The notes under the pieces are model-generated. The model did no database searches. It saw only the letters and a list, made by a program, of their open reading frames with translations, and had not been told where the DNA came from. This document shows positions 38,288 to 50,924 of a DNA stretch of 64,000 bases, piece by piece. This stretch comes from Acidobacteriota bacterium (GTDB taxonomy: Bacteria; Acidobacteriota; Thermoanaerobaculia; Gp7-AA8). The stretch is from positions 384,001 through 448,000 of the forward strand of contig JAFATB010000006.1 of NCBI GenBank assembly GCA_019244185.1, read 5' to 3'. Each line of letters begins with the position of its first letter. The first letter of the stretch is position 1. Made by a program: the position numbers and the translations under genes.

Positions 38288-39483
38288 ATGATGGACGTAA
38301 ACAAAGACAGCAGCTTTGGATTCGGCGTGAACGTCACCGGCGGAAGCAGCGGCACGACGATGACGGTCAACACCCGGCAGGACCTCATCAAGGCGCTGAC
38401 GTCGTCGAACCTCGCCAACAAAATCGTCGAAATCGACAATCCGAAAGACGGCGACTACGACTTCGGCGGCTTGGGCGAGGGGCAGTCGCTCGCCATCGCC
38501 GCGAAGAACGTCACCATTCGCGCGCGGCGAACGCGAAGCCGGTGCTGAAGAACGTCCAGTTCAAGATCGACCTCGAGAAGTCGAACAACGTCCTGATCGA
38601 GGACCTGATCTTCCGTTCGGACGGAAAGGTCGACCGCGCCCGCGACGCCATCCTGTTCAACACGACCATCCCGAGCGACCGCGATGCCTCCGCCACGAAT
38701 CCCGTCGGCCTGCGCGTGACGCACTGCGCGTTCGACGGCTACCTCGACATGTCCATCGAGTCGCGCGGTGCCGCAGGCCGCCCGCGCATTCTCGCCACGA
38801 TCGATCACTGCCTCTTCTTCGACAACCGTCCCGGCGAGCCGGCGGATGGATTCGCCAATCGCGGCGGGGTCAATCTGGCCGTCGCGCTGGATACGAACGC
38901 CGCGGCTGCCGAGCTGGCGGGAAACGCACGGATCACCGTCGCCTACAACGCCTTCATCCGCGTGTGGCGGCGCATGCCGCGCGTGGCGCAGGGAAACGTC
39001 GGACACGCATACAACAACCTGCTGTTTCAATGGGGCCACACCGGCGACCATACGCGTCCTGAAACCAGCTGGAACGCGACTCCCGTGGGCGCCGACAAGA
39101 CCAAGGACGCGACGGCAGTCATCCAGGCGAACCGCTACCTTCCGTGGAGCCAGAAGCAGGATCTCAACCACGCGATCACCGTCGACGACGGCACGAAGGC
39201 CGATCTCAATCTCGACAACCGGCCGAACCTGAAGCCGAACCGCTTCGACGATCCGAACGGACGGCCGCTCCCGAACAAACCCGATCTGAAAGGACCGTTC
39301 ACGCAGCTGAGCGTCGCGAAGCTGTACAGCGATGATGGTCTCCGCGAGCCGTCCGTGCAGCCGATCGAAGCGGTGGTGTGGCGCGACGTGCTCGAGGGCG
39401 CCGGTCCACGGCGCACGTTCGACGCGGACGATCCGATCGACCGGGGGAAAGGGCACGCGCGATCGCTGGTGCAGCAGGGCTGA
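38288..39483 (+). pseudogene. Pectate lyase-like (PL1, beta-helix) gene with a frameshift near 38520
   Basis: GFG..VTGG N-terminus in one frame (stop at 38548); SNNVLI, TIDHCLF, RMPRV, HAYNN in another frame. Confidence 0.7.
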
Positions 39484-39498
39484 GAACTTCGAGGTCCG

Positions 39499-40548
39499 TC
39501 ACGGGTCGAAGCCGATGAAGTTCGGCTCCGGATGGATCTCGACGCCGTACGCCGCGCGCACCTTCTCCTGAATCATCCGCACGAGCTCCAGCACCTCGCG
39601 CGCGGTGCCGCCGCCGCGATTGATCACCGCGAGCGTGTGCTTCGACGAGAGCCCCACGTTGCCGTGCACGAAGCCCTTGTGAAAGCCGGCGTGCTCGATG
39701 AGCCACGCCGCCGAGAGCTTCACCTCGTCACCCGATGGAAAGTGCGGAGCCTCGGGCGCGCGCGCGGCGAACTCCGCGTATTGCGCCGCGCTGAGCACGG
39801 GATTCATGAAGAACGAGCCGTCGCTGCGCGTGTCGTCGTCGGCCGGATCGAGCACCATGCCCTTGCGTTTGCGGATGGCGATCACCGCCGCGCGCACGCC
39901 GGCGAGATCGCGAGCATCGATGCCGTGCTCGTCGACGTACTTTTGCAGCTCGGGATAGCGGATCGACGCCGCGCCGCCGACGGTCAGGCGGAACGTCACC
40001 GACAGCACGACGTAGCGCTCGCGCTCGTAGTTCTTGAAGAGGCTCGAGCGATAGCCGAAGCGGCAGTCCCAGTTGGTAAACCACTTGACCAGTCCGGTCG
40101 TGCGGTCGAGCACTTCCACCCGCACGATCGTCTCGCTGACGTCCTGCCCGTACGCGCCGACGTTCTGGATCGGCGTCGCGCCGCAAGAGCCGGGAATGCC
40201 GGAGAGACACTCGACGCCCGCCCATCGGTGCGCCACCGTCATCGCCACGAACGCGTCCCACGGCTCGCCCGCGGCGACTTTCACCATCGCGTGCGCGTCT
40301 TCGCTCTCGACGGTCACGCCGCGCAGCTCGAGCCGCACGACGAGCCCGTCGAAGCCTTCGTCGCTGATGAGGAGATTGCTGCCGCCGCCGAGGAGGAAGA
40401 GGGGCTGCTGGCGATCGCGCGCCCAATCGATGGCGGCGCGGAGCTCGTCGACGTCGGAGACGCGCAGGAAGTAGCGCGCCGGACCGCCGATGCCGATCGT
40501 GGTGAACTGCGCAAGCGGGACGTGTTCCTCGATCTGCAGCGCCGGCAT
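39499..40548 (-). CDS. murB: UDP-N-acetylmuramate dehydrogenase
   Basis: IGGPARYF, LGGGSNLL, GIPG, QNVGAYG, FGYRSS, GSFFMNP, EPN. Confidence 0.96.
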   Translation of the reverse strand: MPALQIEEHVPLAQFTTIGIGGPARYFLRVSDVDELRAAIDWARDRQQPLFLLGGGSNLLISDEGFDGLVVRLELRGVTVESEDAHAMVKVAAGEPWDAFVAMTVAHRWAGVECLSGIPGSCGATPIQNVGAYGQDVSETIVRVEVLDRTTGLVKWFTNWDCRFGYRSSLFKNYERERYVVLSVTFRLTVGGAASIRYPELQKYVDEHGIDARDLAGVRAAVIAIRKRKGMVLDPADDDTRSDGSFFMNPVLSAAQYAEFAARAPEAPHFPSGDEVKLSAAWLIEHAGFHKGFVHGNVGLSSKHTLAVINRGGGTAREVLELVRMIQEKVRAAYGVEIHPEPNFIGFDP

Positions 40549-40613
40549 CGTGCGCGGCGAGGATACAAAATCTTTACCCGGCACGCGCAAACAACGTAAT
40601 GTTCCCGGCACGT

Positions 40614-41945
<1,332 letters not shown>

Positions 41946-41991
41946 ACGCGCCGCCGCTCACGAATCCGCATCGCTCACGAATCCGCGCCGC

Positions 41992-42504
41992 TCAGAACGT
42001 CCGGAACTGCGCGACGTCCGCCTCGTCGGCGACGAACATCCGGCTCACGCCGGAGTTGCAGTACGCCCAGTCGTGGCTGATGCCGGTGACCATCAGCGAC
42101 TCGTCGGGACAGAGCTCGCCGAGCGCGGCGCCGAGCGTATGCACGTCCGTGCGGTCGTCGCTCTGGATGACGAACGTCGATTCGAACGGCAGGTCGACGA
42201 CGGTGCCGAGGCGCGCGAGCGCGTCGTGCAGCTCGGCGTAGTCGGCGCCCGGCGTCAAGCTGTGGCGCACGAGCAGGAAGTCGCGCGTGTTCGTGAACTG
42301 CGCCGACGCGACGAGCAGCTTCGCGTCCGCGCCGAGGTTCGCACGCAGGTAGCGGACGAGCGGCGCGGCGTGGCGTCCCTCGGGCAGAAACACCTGCCAG
42401 CTCTGATCGAAGTTGGGCTCCGCGCCGAGCCGGCGCATCACGTGGGAAACCTCCACCGTGAGATCGCCTTCATAGCAGATCTGGAACAGTCTGACCTCGC
42501 CCAT
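41992..42504 (-). CDS. Hypothetical protein with two ferredoxin-like (Cas2/VapD-like) repeats
   Basis: SD GGAGG; internal repeat pattern (..LG......S.W/F.V..). Confidence 0.7.
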   Translation of the reverse strand: MGEVRLFQICYEGDLTVEVSHVMRRLGAEPNFDQSWQVFLPEGRHAAPLVRYLRANLGADAKLLVASAQFTNTRDFLLVRHSLTPGADYAELHDALARLGTVVDLPFESTFVIQSDDRTDVHTLGAALGELCPDESLMVTGISHDWAYCNSGVSRMFVADEADVAQFRTF

Positions 42505-42571
42505 TCACACCCTCCCACTTCCAGACTTTCGTGTTGTGAGGTTGGAGAAGATGGTAGCAGAAGGAAAAGCT

Positions 42572-42666
42572 GAATGAAGAATGCAGAACGCAGAATGAAG
42601 AATTGAGAAATGGAGACCGGTCCCCTTTCTTCATTCTGAATTCTGCGTTCTGCGTTCTGCGTTCTG
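42572..42666. repeat. Heptamer tandem repeats arranged as an inverted pair
   Basis: GAATGAA/GAATGCA/GAACGCA x5 (42572-42606), then TTCTTCA/TTCTGAA/TTCTGCG x5-6 (42627-42666). Confidence 0.85.
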
Positions 42667-42672
42667 GTTTCC

Positions 42673-44070
42673 GTGCCGCCACGCAATGCGCGCCCCGAAG
42701 CGTCTCTCTACCCGGCTACCGCTTCCACCAAAGCGGACGCCGTCGCCTTCTATCGCTCCATCGCGAAGTTCATCCTGCCGCACCTGCGCCACCGGCCGCT
42801 CTCGTTCAAGCGCTACGTCGATGACGTGCGCGGCGAATCGTTCTGGGAGAAGGACGCGCCGTCGTTCACGCCGGCGTGGGTGAAGCGCTTTCCGGTGCCG
42901 CGGCGCGACGGACCGCCGATCGAATACATCGTCGTCGACAACGCGAAGACGCTGCTCTGGATCGCGAGCGTCGGCGGAATCGAGCTGCATCCGTTTCTGC
43001 ATCGCGTGCCGCACATCGACGTCGCCACGCACGTCGTCTTCGATCTCGATCCCGGTCCCGGCGCCGGTCTCGCGGACTGCGCACGCGTGGCGCTGCTGCT
43101 GCGCGACGCATTGCGCACGATCGCGCTCGAATCGTTCGCGAAAGTCTCCGGCTCGAAAGGCATTCAGGTGTACGTCCCGCTCAACAGCGACGTGCCTCAT
43201 ACGGCAACGGAGCCGTTCGCGCGCGTGGTCGCCGAGGAGCTCGCGCGCGCGTATCCGAAACTCGTGGTGGCGCGGATGGCGAAGTCGCTGCGCGCGAAGA
43301 AGGTGTTCATCGACTGGAGCCAGAACGCCGATTTCAAAACGACGGTCGCCGTCTACTCGCTGCGCGCGAAACGCGACGTACCGCTCGTGTCGATGCCGGT
43401 GCGCTGGGAAGAGCTCGAGCGCGATCCGCAGCGGCTCGAGTTCTCGCCCGACGCCGCGCTCGCGCGGCTGCGCAAACTCGGCGATCTCTTCGCGCCGGTG
43501 CTGACGATGCAGCAGACGCTCAATGTCGCCGCGCCGAAGCGTCGCGCGGCGAGCGCAACGCAACGCGCACGGCGCGAATCGGCGACGTCACTGCCGAAAG
43601 CGCGGTCGCAGTCGGGACGCCGTTTGTTTCTGCTGACGAAGACGGAAATGGGCGAAGAGCTGTGGCTCGACATGAACGGCGTCTTCACGCGCTGGATTCT
43701 CCGCCGCGATCGCGAGGGCGGACCGCGACTCGTGGCGATGCCCGCGGGCACGTTCCCGATCGATCCCGCTTATCGACGCGGTGAAGTGCCCGCGCAATGG
43801 AAGGGACGCACGACGATCGAAGACGCAGGCGCGCACGAGATCGTCGAAGGCAGCTTCGCGCGCGAGCGCTTCGCGCTGTGGTTCAGCGGCAAGATCCTCA
43901 GCGGTGCGTGGACGCTCGTGAAGTCGCCGGGCGCGGCGCACAAGTCGTGGCGGCTCGAGCCCGCGCAACGCAAAGCGCCGCAACGCAAACCAACGCGGCT
44001 CAAGCCAGCGCGGACAGGCGATGCCCGGTCGTCCGCAAAATCGCGTCGACGTCGTAGCGGCGGCCGCTGA
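42673..44070 (+). CDS. LigD-type primase-polymerase domain + degenerate phosphoesterase-like domain; no ligase domain
   Basis: TKAD...Y, FWEKD, IELHP, VFDLDPG, KVSGSKGIQV, VFIDWSQN, YSLRA. Confidence 0.85.
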   Translation: MPPRNARPEASLYPATASTKADAVAFYRSIAKFILPHLRHRPLSFKRYVDDVRGESFWEKDAPSFTPAWVKRFPVPRRDGPPIEYIVVDNAKTLLWIASVGGIELHPFLHRVPHIDVATHVVFDLDPGPGAGLADCARVALLLRDALRTIALESFAKVSGSKGIQVYVPLNSDVPHTATEPFARVVAEELARAYPKLVVARMAKSLRAKKVFIDWSQNADFKTTVAVYSLRAKRDVPLVSMPVRWEELERDPQRLEFSPDAALARLRKLGDLFAPVLTMQQTLNVAAPKRRAASATQRARRESATSLPKARSQSGRRLFLLTKTEMGEELWLDMNGVFTRWILRRDREGGPRLVAMPAGTFPIDPAYRRGEVPAQWKGRTTIEDAGAHEIVEGSFARERFALWFSGKILSGAWTLVKSPGAAHKSWRLEPAQRKAPQRKPTRLKPARTGDARSSAKSRRRRSGGR

Positions 44071-44944
44071 GGCATTCCGTCAGCAGGTTGCGCATCTCCT
44101 GCGCGGCGACCGGCTTGTAGAGCACCGCGTGCACGATGTCGCGGTCGGCGACGCTCACGACCTGATCGCTGAAGCCGGTGACGATGAAGAGCGCGCGCGG
44201 ACGATCCTGCCGCGGCAGGCTGCGCAGGTAGTCGAGCACTTCCCAACCGCTGAGTCGCGGCATGTTGAGGTCGAGCAGCGCCATGTCGTAGCGGCACGTC
44301 TTCATCGCCGCGACGGCATCGCGTCCCGTGGCGACGATGTCCGCACTGACGCCGACGTGCGCGGCGAGCTGCGCGTAGAACTCGCGAATCGGCGCGTCGT
44401 CGTCCGCCATCAAGATCCGCTTGCCCGGAAACTGCGCCGGACGCGCGGTGAGCACCGCCAGCGCGGCGTCGAGCGCCTGTCCGAGCTCGGCCGGCGTCGC
44501 GTAGCGATCGCGCGGCTCGCGCGCGAGACACCGATACACCGCGGCCGCGACTTCGATCGGCACGTCGTTGCGCGACTCGCGCAAATCGAGCGGCAGATCG
44601 CTGCACGCGGCGAGCATCACTTCATTCGGCGTCGCGCCGCGGAACGGCGGATGTCCGGCAATCGCATGGAAGAGGATCGCGCCGAGGGAGAAGACGTCGG
44701 ACGCGGGCGTCGCGGGCTTGCCGAGGACGCGCTCGGGCGACGCGTACTGTCCCCAGCGCGGACGATCCGCGCCGCCGGGCGGTGCGATCGCAACGGTCGC
44801 GTCGTCGAAGACTTCGATCGCGCTCGGCCGCAGCTCGCCGTGCACGCTCTTGAGCGCGGCCGCGGCGCGGCGGATGATCCGCACCGCGTCGACGACCGGC
44901 ATCGGTCCCGACGCCATGAGCGTGGTGAGCGGCTCTCCGAGCAT
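44000..44944 (-). CDS. Truncated pseudokinase fused to a response regulator receiver
   Basis: YASPE, SDVFSLG, CLAREP..RY; receiver ADDD, LDLNMP, KPV. Confidence 0.8.
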   Translation of the reverse strand: MLGEPLTTLMASGPMPVVDAVRIIRRAAAALKSVHGELRPSAIEVFDDATVAIAPPGGADRPRWGQYASPERVLGKPATPASDVFSLGAILFHAIAGHPPFRGATPNEVMLAACSDLPLDLRESRNDVPIEVAAAVYRCLAREPRDRYATPAELGQALDAALAVLTARPAQFPGKRILMADDDAPIREFYAQLAAHVGVSADIVATGRDAVAAMKTCRYDMALLDLNMPRLSGWEVLDYLRSLPRQDRPRALFIVTGFSDQVVSVADRDIVHAVLYKPVAAQEMRNLLTECLSGRRYDVDAILRTTGHRLSALA

Positions 44945-44962
44945 GGTTGCCCCCGCCAGCCG

Positions 44963-44978
44963 TGCAAAGCAATCGCCA
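44963..44978 (-). promoter_or_regulatory. Putative sigma54 promoter
   Basis: Minus strand TGGCGATTGCTTTGCA; GG-N10-GC. Confidence 0.6.
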
Positions 44979-45069
44979 GCCGGCCCGGCCGGCTGCGCTG
45001 GTTGCCCCAGGCTGCTTCAGGAGATGGGGCTGAAGGTCACATGCGCCGAAGCGGGCGAAACGATCGCGC

Positions 45070-47193
45070 TTACGGCTTAACGACGCCCAGCGTTGTGAGC
45101 AGCCACGCGTAATCCGCGGCGTCGTCGTGCAGCTTGTCGTACCGTCCCGACGAGCCGCCGTGGCCCGCGCCCATGTTCACGCGCAGGATGAGAGGGTTGT
45201 CGTCGGTCTTGTTCGCGCGCAGCTTCGCCACCCACTTCGTCCCTTCCCAGAAGCCGACCTGGCTGTCGTTGAGCGACGTGCGCACCAGCATCGCCGGATA
45301 CGCCTTCTTCTCGACGTTCGAGTAGGGGTCGTAGCTCTTCATGTAAAAGTACGCCTCCTTCTCGTTCGGATTGCCCCACTCGATGTACTCCTGCGTCGTG
45401 AGCGGGAGCGTGGCGTCGAGCATCGTGTTCATCACGTCGACGAACGGCACGTACGCCATGACGGCCTTGAAGAGATCGGGACGCATGTTCACGACCGCGC
45501 CCATCAGCAGGCCGCCCGCGCTGCCGCCCTGGATCGCGAGCTTGTCCTTCGTCGTGTAGCCTTCCTTCACCAGCTCGTCCGCGACGGCGATGAAGTCGGT
45601 GAAGGTGTTCTTCTTCGTCATCATGCGGCCGGCCTCGTGCCACTCCTTGCCCATCTCGCCGCCGCCGCGGATGTGCGCGATCGCGTAGACCATGCCGCGG
45701 TCGAGGAGCGAGATGCGGTTCGAGTTGAACGTGTCGCCGGTCGACGAGCCGTACGAGCCGTACGCGTAGAGCAGCAGCGGATTCTTCGCGCGCGGATCGA
45801 GGCCGCGCTTGTAGACGATGGCGACCGGGATCTTCGCGCCGTCGCTTGCCGTGACGAAGAAGCGCTCCGACTTGTACTTCGCCGGGTCGTAGCCGATGAC
45901 TTCCGTGCGCTTGAGCAGCGTCTGCTTGCGCGAGTCGAGGTCGTAGTCGTAGACGGAGAACGGCGTGACCATCGACTGGTAGCCGTAGCGGAAGACGTTG
46001 GTGTCGAACTCCTCGTTCGGCGCGGGCGTCGTCGTGTAGGCCGGTTCGGGGAACGAGACGCGATGCACCTTCGCCGGCGTCGCTCGGAGGTCGTAGATCT
46101 CGAACGCGGGCAGGCCGTTCTCGCGCAGCCGCACGACGAGATGGTTCTTGAAAAGGTCGATCGTCTCGATGCGCACCGGCTTGCGGTACGGCACGACTTC
46201 TTTCCATTGCGCCGGATCGGCGTAGTTGTCGACCGGCGCCGAGACGACGCGGAAGTTGATGCCGGCGTCGTTGGTCATGAAGTAGAAGCGGTCGCCGCGA
46301 TGATCGGGGTAGTACTTGCGGTCCGCCTTGCGCGGCATCATCAGCACCGGCGTCGACTCCGGTTTCGCCGCGGAGACGAGGCGCACTTCGTTCGAGGTCT
46401 TGCTCTCGGCGTTGAGGAAGATCCAGTCGCCGCTGCGCGAGCGCGAGGCGTCGACGTCGAACATCTCGTCGGTCTCTTCATACAACAGCGTCGAGGCGTC
46501 GCTGCCGAGGACGTGGCGGAAGATGCGGTTCTGCCGCTTGGCGTCGTTCTCCGTCGTGTAGAACAGCGTCTTATTGTCGGCCGCCCAGATCAGAGAGCCG
46601 ACGCGCTGTGCGGTGTCGGGCAGCATCTTCCCGGTGCGGAGATCCTTGACGTGCAGGATGTACTGGCGATACCCGGTCTCGTCGGTCGTGTAGGCGAGGA
46701 GGTTCTCGTCGTCACTGACGGTGAACTCCGCCACGACCATGTACTTCTTCCCCACCGCGAGCTCGTTGACGTCGATGAGCAGCTCTTCCGGCGCGTTCGG
46801 CGTCGTCTTCTTGCGCGCGAAGATCGGGTACTGCTTTCCCTCGATCGTCCGCGTGTAATAGAGGTAGTGGCCTTTGCGATACGGCACCGCGACGTCGGTC
46901 TGCTTCACGCGGCCGAGCATCTCGTCGTACAGCGTCTTCTGCAGCGCGAGCGTCGGCTTGGTCATCGCCTCCGCGTACGCGTTCTCCGCTTCGAGGTACG
47001 CGATCGTCTCCGGATTGGTCTTGTCGCGCAGCCAGCCGTAGTCGTCGACCCGCGTGTCGCCGTGCAGCTCGAGCGACTTCGGGACTTTCCTGGCGCTCGG
47101 TGGCTTGAGCGCGTCAGGTTTGGCGACTTCCGATTGCTGGGCGAGCGTGGTCACGGCGGCGAACGTCATGGCGAGCAAAGTAAGCAGACGCAT
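45070..47193 (-). CDS. ptrB: Oligopeptidase B (S9A) with signal peptide
   Basis: DDYGWLR, YGSYG, HIRGGGE, GGSAGGLL, DSQV, AGHGG. Confidence 0.93.
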   Translation of the reverse strand: MRLLTLLAMTFAAVTTLAQQSEVAKPDALKPPSARKVPKSLELHGDTRVDDYGWLRDKTNPETIAYLEAENAYAEAMTKPTLALQKTLYDEMLGRVKQTDVAVPYRKGHYLYYTRTIEGKQYPIFARKKTTPNAPEELLIDVNELAVGKKYMVVAEFTVSDDENLLAYTTDETGYRQYILHVKDLRTGKMLPDTAQRVGSLIWAADNKTLFYTTENDAKRQNRIFRHVLGSDASTLLYEETDEMFDVDASRSRSGDWIFLNAESKTSNEVRLVSAAKPESTPVLMMPRKADRKYYPDHRGDRFYFMTNDAGINFRVVSAPVDNYADPAQWKEVVPYRKPVRIETIDLFKNHLVVRLRENGLPAFEIYDLRATPAKVHRVSFPEPAYTTTPAPNEEFDTNVFRYGYQSMVTPFSVYDYDLDSRKQTLLKRTEVIGYDPAKYKSERFFVTASDGAKIPVAIVYKRGLDPRAKNPLLLYAYGSYGSSTGDTFNSNRISLLDRGMVYAIAHIRGGGEMGKEWHEAGRMMTKKNTFTDFIAVADELVKEGYTTKDKLAIQGGSAGGLLMGAVVNMRPDLFKAVMAYVPFVDVMNTMLDATLPLTTQEYIEWGNPNEKEAYFYMKSYDPYSNVEKKAYPAMLVRTSLNDSQVGFWEGTKWVAKLRANKTDDNPLILRVNMGAGHGGSSGRYDKLHDDAADYAWLLTTLGVVKP

Positions 47194-47240
47194 CGCGCGT
47201 TGAAGACGCGTCGAAGCGGTCTGAAGATTCCCGCGTTCTC

Positions 47241-48923
<1,683 letters not shown>

Positions 48924-49031
48924 ACGGACTACGGATATGTGCGCGGCCCGCGCGTGCATTCCCGTGACGGAACCGCACCAACGCGGGAACGGCGTCTTGA
49001 CCGCGCTTCCGGCCCCGTCTACGGTTGCCAC

Positions 49032-49466
49032 ATGAAACGGCTTCCGCTTGCCGTCGTCATGTCCCTCGTCTTCGCGGCGGGAGCTCTCGCCGACGATCTC
49101 GAGGTCATCCAACGGCTCGATCACGAGATCACCGTCGCCACCTGGACGGCCGATCCGGTGTGGTTCGAGGAAAACCTCGCTGACGACTACGTGCTCATCA
49201 CGCCGGCGGGCACGATCCGCACGAAGGCGGACGTCATCCGCGAGCTCGGCGTCCCCGGCTTCAAGATGGCGCCGTTCGAGTCGACGGAAGTGCAGATCCG
49301 CATGTACGGCGACACCGCCATCGTCACCGGACGGATGCTGCAGCGCTCGACCGTCGGCGGCCTGCTCTACTCGCGCGACCTTCGCTACACCGACGTTTAC
49401 GTGCGCCGCAAAGCGCGCTGGCAGCTCGTGAGCGGGCATACGTCGACCGTCGGCAACAAGCGCTGA
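49032..49466 (+). CDS. Secreted NTF2-like (DUF4440) protein
   Basis: LADDYV....G....[16 protein letters not shown]....WQLV. Confidence 0.85.
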   Translation: MKRLPLAVVMSLVFAAGALADDLEVIQRLDHEITVATWTADPVWFEENLADDYVLITPAGTIRTKADVIRELGVPGFKMAPFESTEVQIRMYGDTAIVTGRMLQRSTVGGLLYSRDLRYTDVYVRRKARWQLVSGHTSTVGNKR

Positions 49467-49493
49467 CGGCCTGCATTCGCGTACTCTAGGTTC

Positions 49494-50924
49494 GTGACGT
49501 CCGGTCCGTTGCCGACGCGGCAATACGGCGACTACGACCTCGAGTCGTTCCTCGGCAAGGGCTCGATCGGCAAGGTCTACCTCGCGCGCCACCGGCGCAT
49601 CGGCCGCCGCGTCGCGCTGAAGACCGTCCATCTCGAGCAGAAGTTCGAGGACGAGATCGACCGCAACGAGTTCTACCGCCGGCTCCAGCGCGAGGCCGAG
49701 CTCTGCGCGGTGATGCAGCATCCGAACATCGTCACGCTCTACGACGTCGGCTACGAGGACGACGTCGTAACGTATCTCGCGACCGAGTACATCGACGGCG
49801 AATCGCTGCTCGGGCGCCTCCGTCGCACGCGCCCCCTGCCGCTCGGCGAGGCGCTCGCCATCGCGTTCGATCTGCTGCGCGGACTCGCGTACGCGCACGG
49901 CAAGGGCATCATCCACCGAGACATCAAGCCGGCGAACATTCTCCTGACGTCGGAAGGTCAGGCGAAGGTCGCCGACTTCGGCGTCGCGCGTCCGCTGCAC
50001 TCGAGCCTCACGACCTCGCGCTCGCTCGTCGGCACGCCGAACTACATGTCCCCCGAGCAGGTGAAGACGACGCCCGTGTCGCCGCGCTCCGATCTCTTCT
50101 CCGCCGGCGTCGTGATCTACGAGATGCTCACCGGCACGAAGCCGTTCGCCGCGCCGGAGCTGAGCGCGATCCTCTACAACATCGTCAACCTCACGCCGCC
50201 GCCGGTGCACGAGCTGAATCCGTCCGTGCCGCCGGCAATCTCGCAGGTCATCGCGAGACTCCTGGCGAAGGATCCGGCCGATCGCTACGAGAGCGCGAAC
50301 GATGCGCTGCGCGCGCTGGATGCCGCGCGTCCGGCGACCACACCCGCCGCGTCAACACCGTTAACCGCGGCGCCGCTGCCGCTCGCGTCCGAGGCCGAGA
50401 CCATCGCGGTGATGCCGCACGATGCGACGACGCCGCTGCCGACGATCGTCGATCCGATCGTTACGCGTCCGATCCTGCGCCGGCGCGTTCCGGGCGCGCT
50501 CTTCTGGACGATCACGCTGCTGCTCATCGCGGGACTCGCGACCGCGGTCGTGCTGCTGCGCCACTCCGCCGCGCGTCAGAAACCGGCCGCCGTGCTGCCG
50601 CCGTCGCTCGTCGCGCAGACGGACGCGAAGCGGCGCGCGCTCGAAAACGCTCGCGCGCTCGTGCGCGGCGGCGCGTATGCGGATGCGATTCGCGCCTACG
50701 ACGCGCTGCTCGCTCGCGCGCCGGAGATGGAAGTCGCGCGCGAGGAACGCGCCGAGGCCCAGCGGCTGCTCGATGCAGCCACGCCGAAGGCGGAGGTGAC
50801 GAAGACCGCGCGCAAGACGAAGCGCGTCGACGACAGCGAACCGGCGGCACAAGCGCAACAGCAGCAGCCGGCGAAGAAGCCGTCGCGGTGGGAGCGCGTC
50901 AAACACTGGTTCCGGGGGAAGTGA
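49494..50924 (+). CDS. Membrane-anchored Hanks-type Ser/Thr protein kinase
   Basis: [27 protein letters not shown]; one TM; TPR-like tail. Confidence 0.95.
   Translation: MTSGPLPTRQYGDYDLESFLGKGSIGKVYLARHRRIGRRVALKTVHLEQKFEDEIDRNEFYRRLQREAELCAVMQHPNIVTLYDVGYEDDVVTYLATEYIDGESLLGRLRRTRPLPLGEALAIAFDLLRGLAYAHGKGIIHRDIKPANILLTSEGQAKVADFGVARPLHSSLTTSRSLVGTPNYMSPEQVKTTPVSPRSDLFSAGVVIYEMLTGTKPFAAPELSAILYNIVNLTPPPVHELNPSVPPAISQVIARLLAKDPADRYESANDALRALDAARPATTPAASTPLTAAPLPLASEAETIAVMPHDATTPLPTIVDPIVTRPILRRRVPGALFWTITLLLIAGLATAVVLLRHSAARQKPAAVLPPSLVAQTDAKRRALENARALVRGGAYADAIRAYDALLARAPEMEVAREERAEAQRLLDAATPKAEVTKTARKTKRVDDSEPAAQAQQQQPAKKPSRWERVKHWFRGK

Noticed and set aside
41955-41986. Direct repeat CGCTCACGAATCCGC x2 between convergent genes
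   Set aside because: Only two copies with a 2-nt gap; not CRISPR, probably a local duplication
42572-42666. Possible CRISPR array next to a Cas2-like gene
   Set aside because: Units are 7-bp tandem repeats without spacers, and no cas1 or effector genes are present
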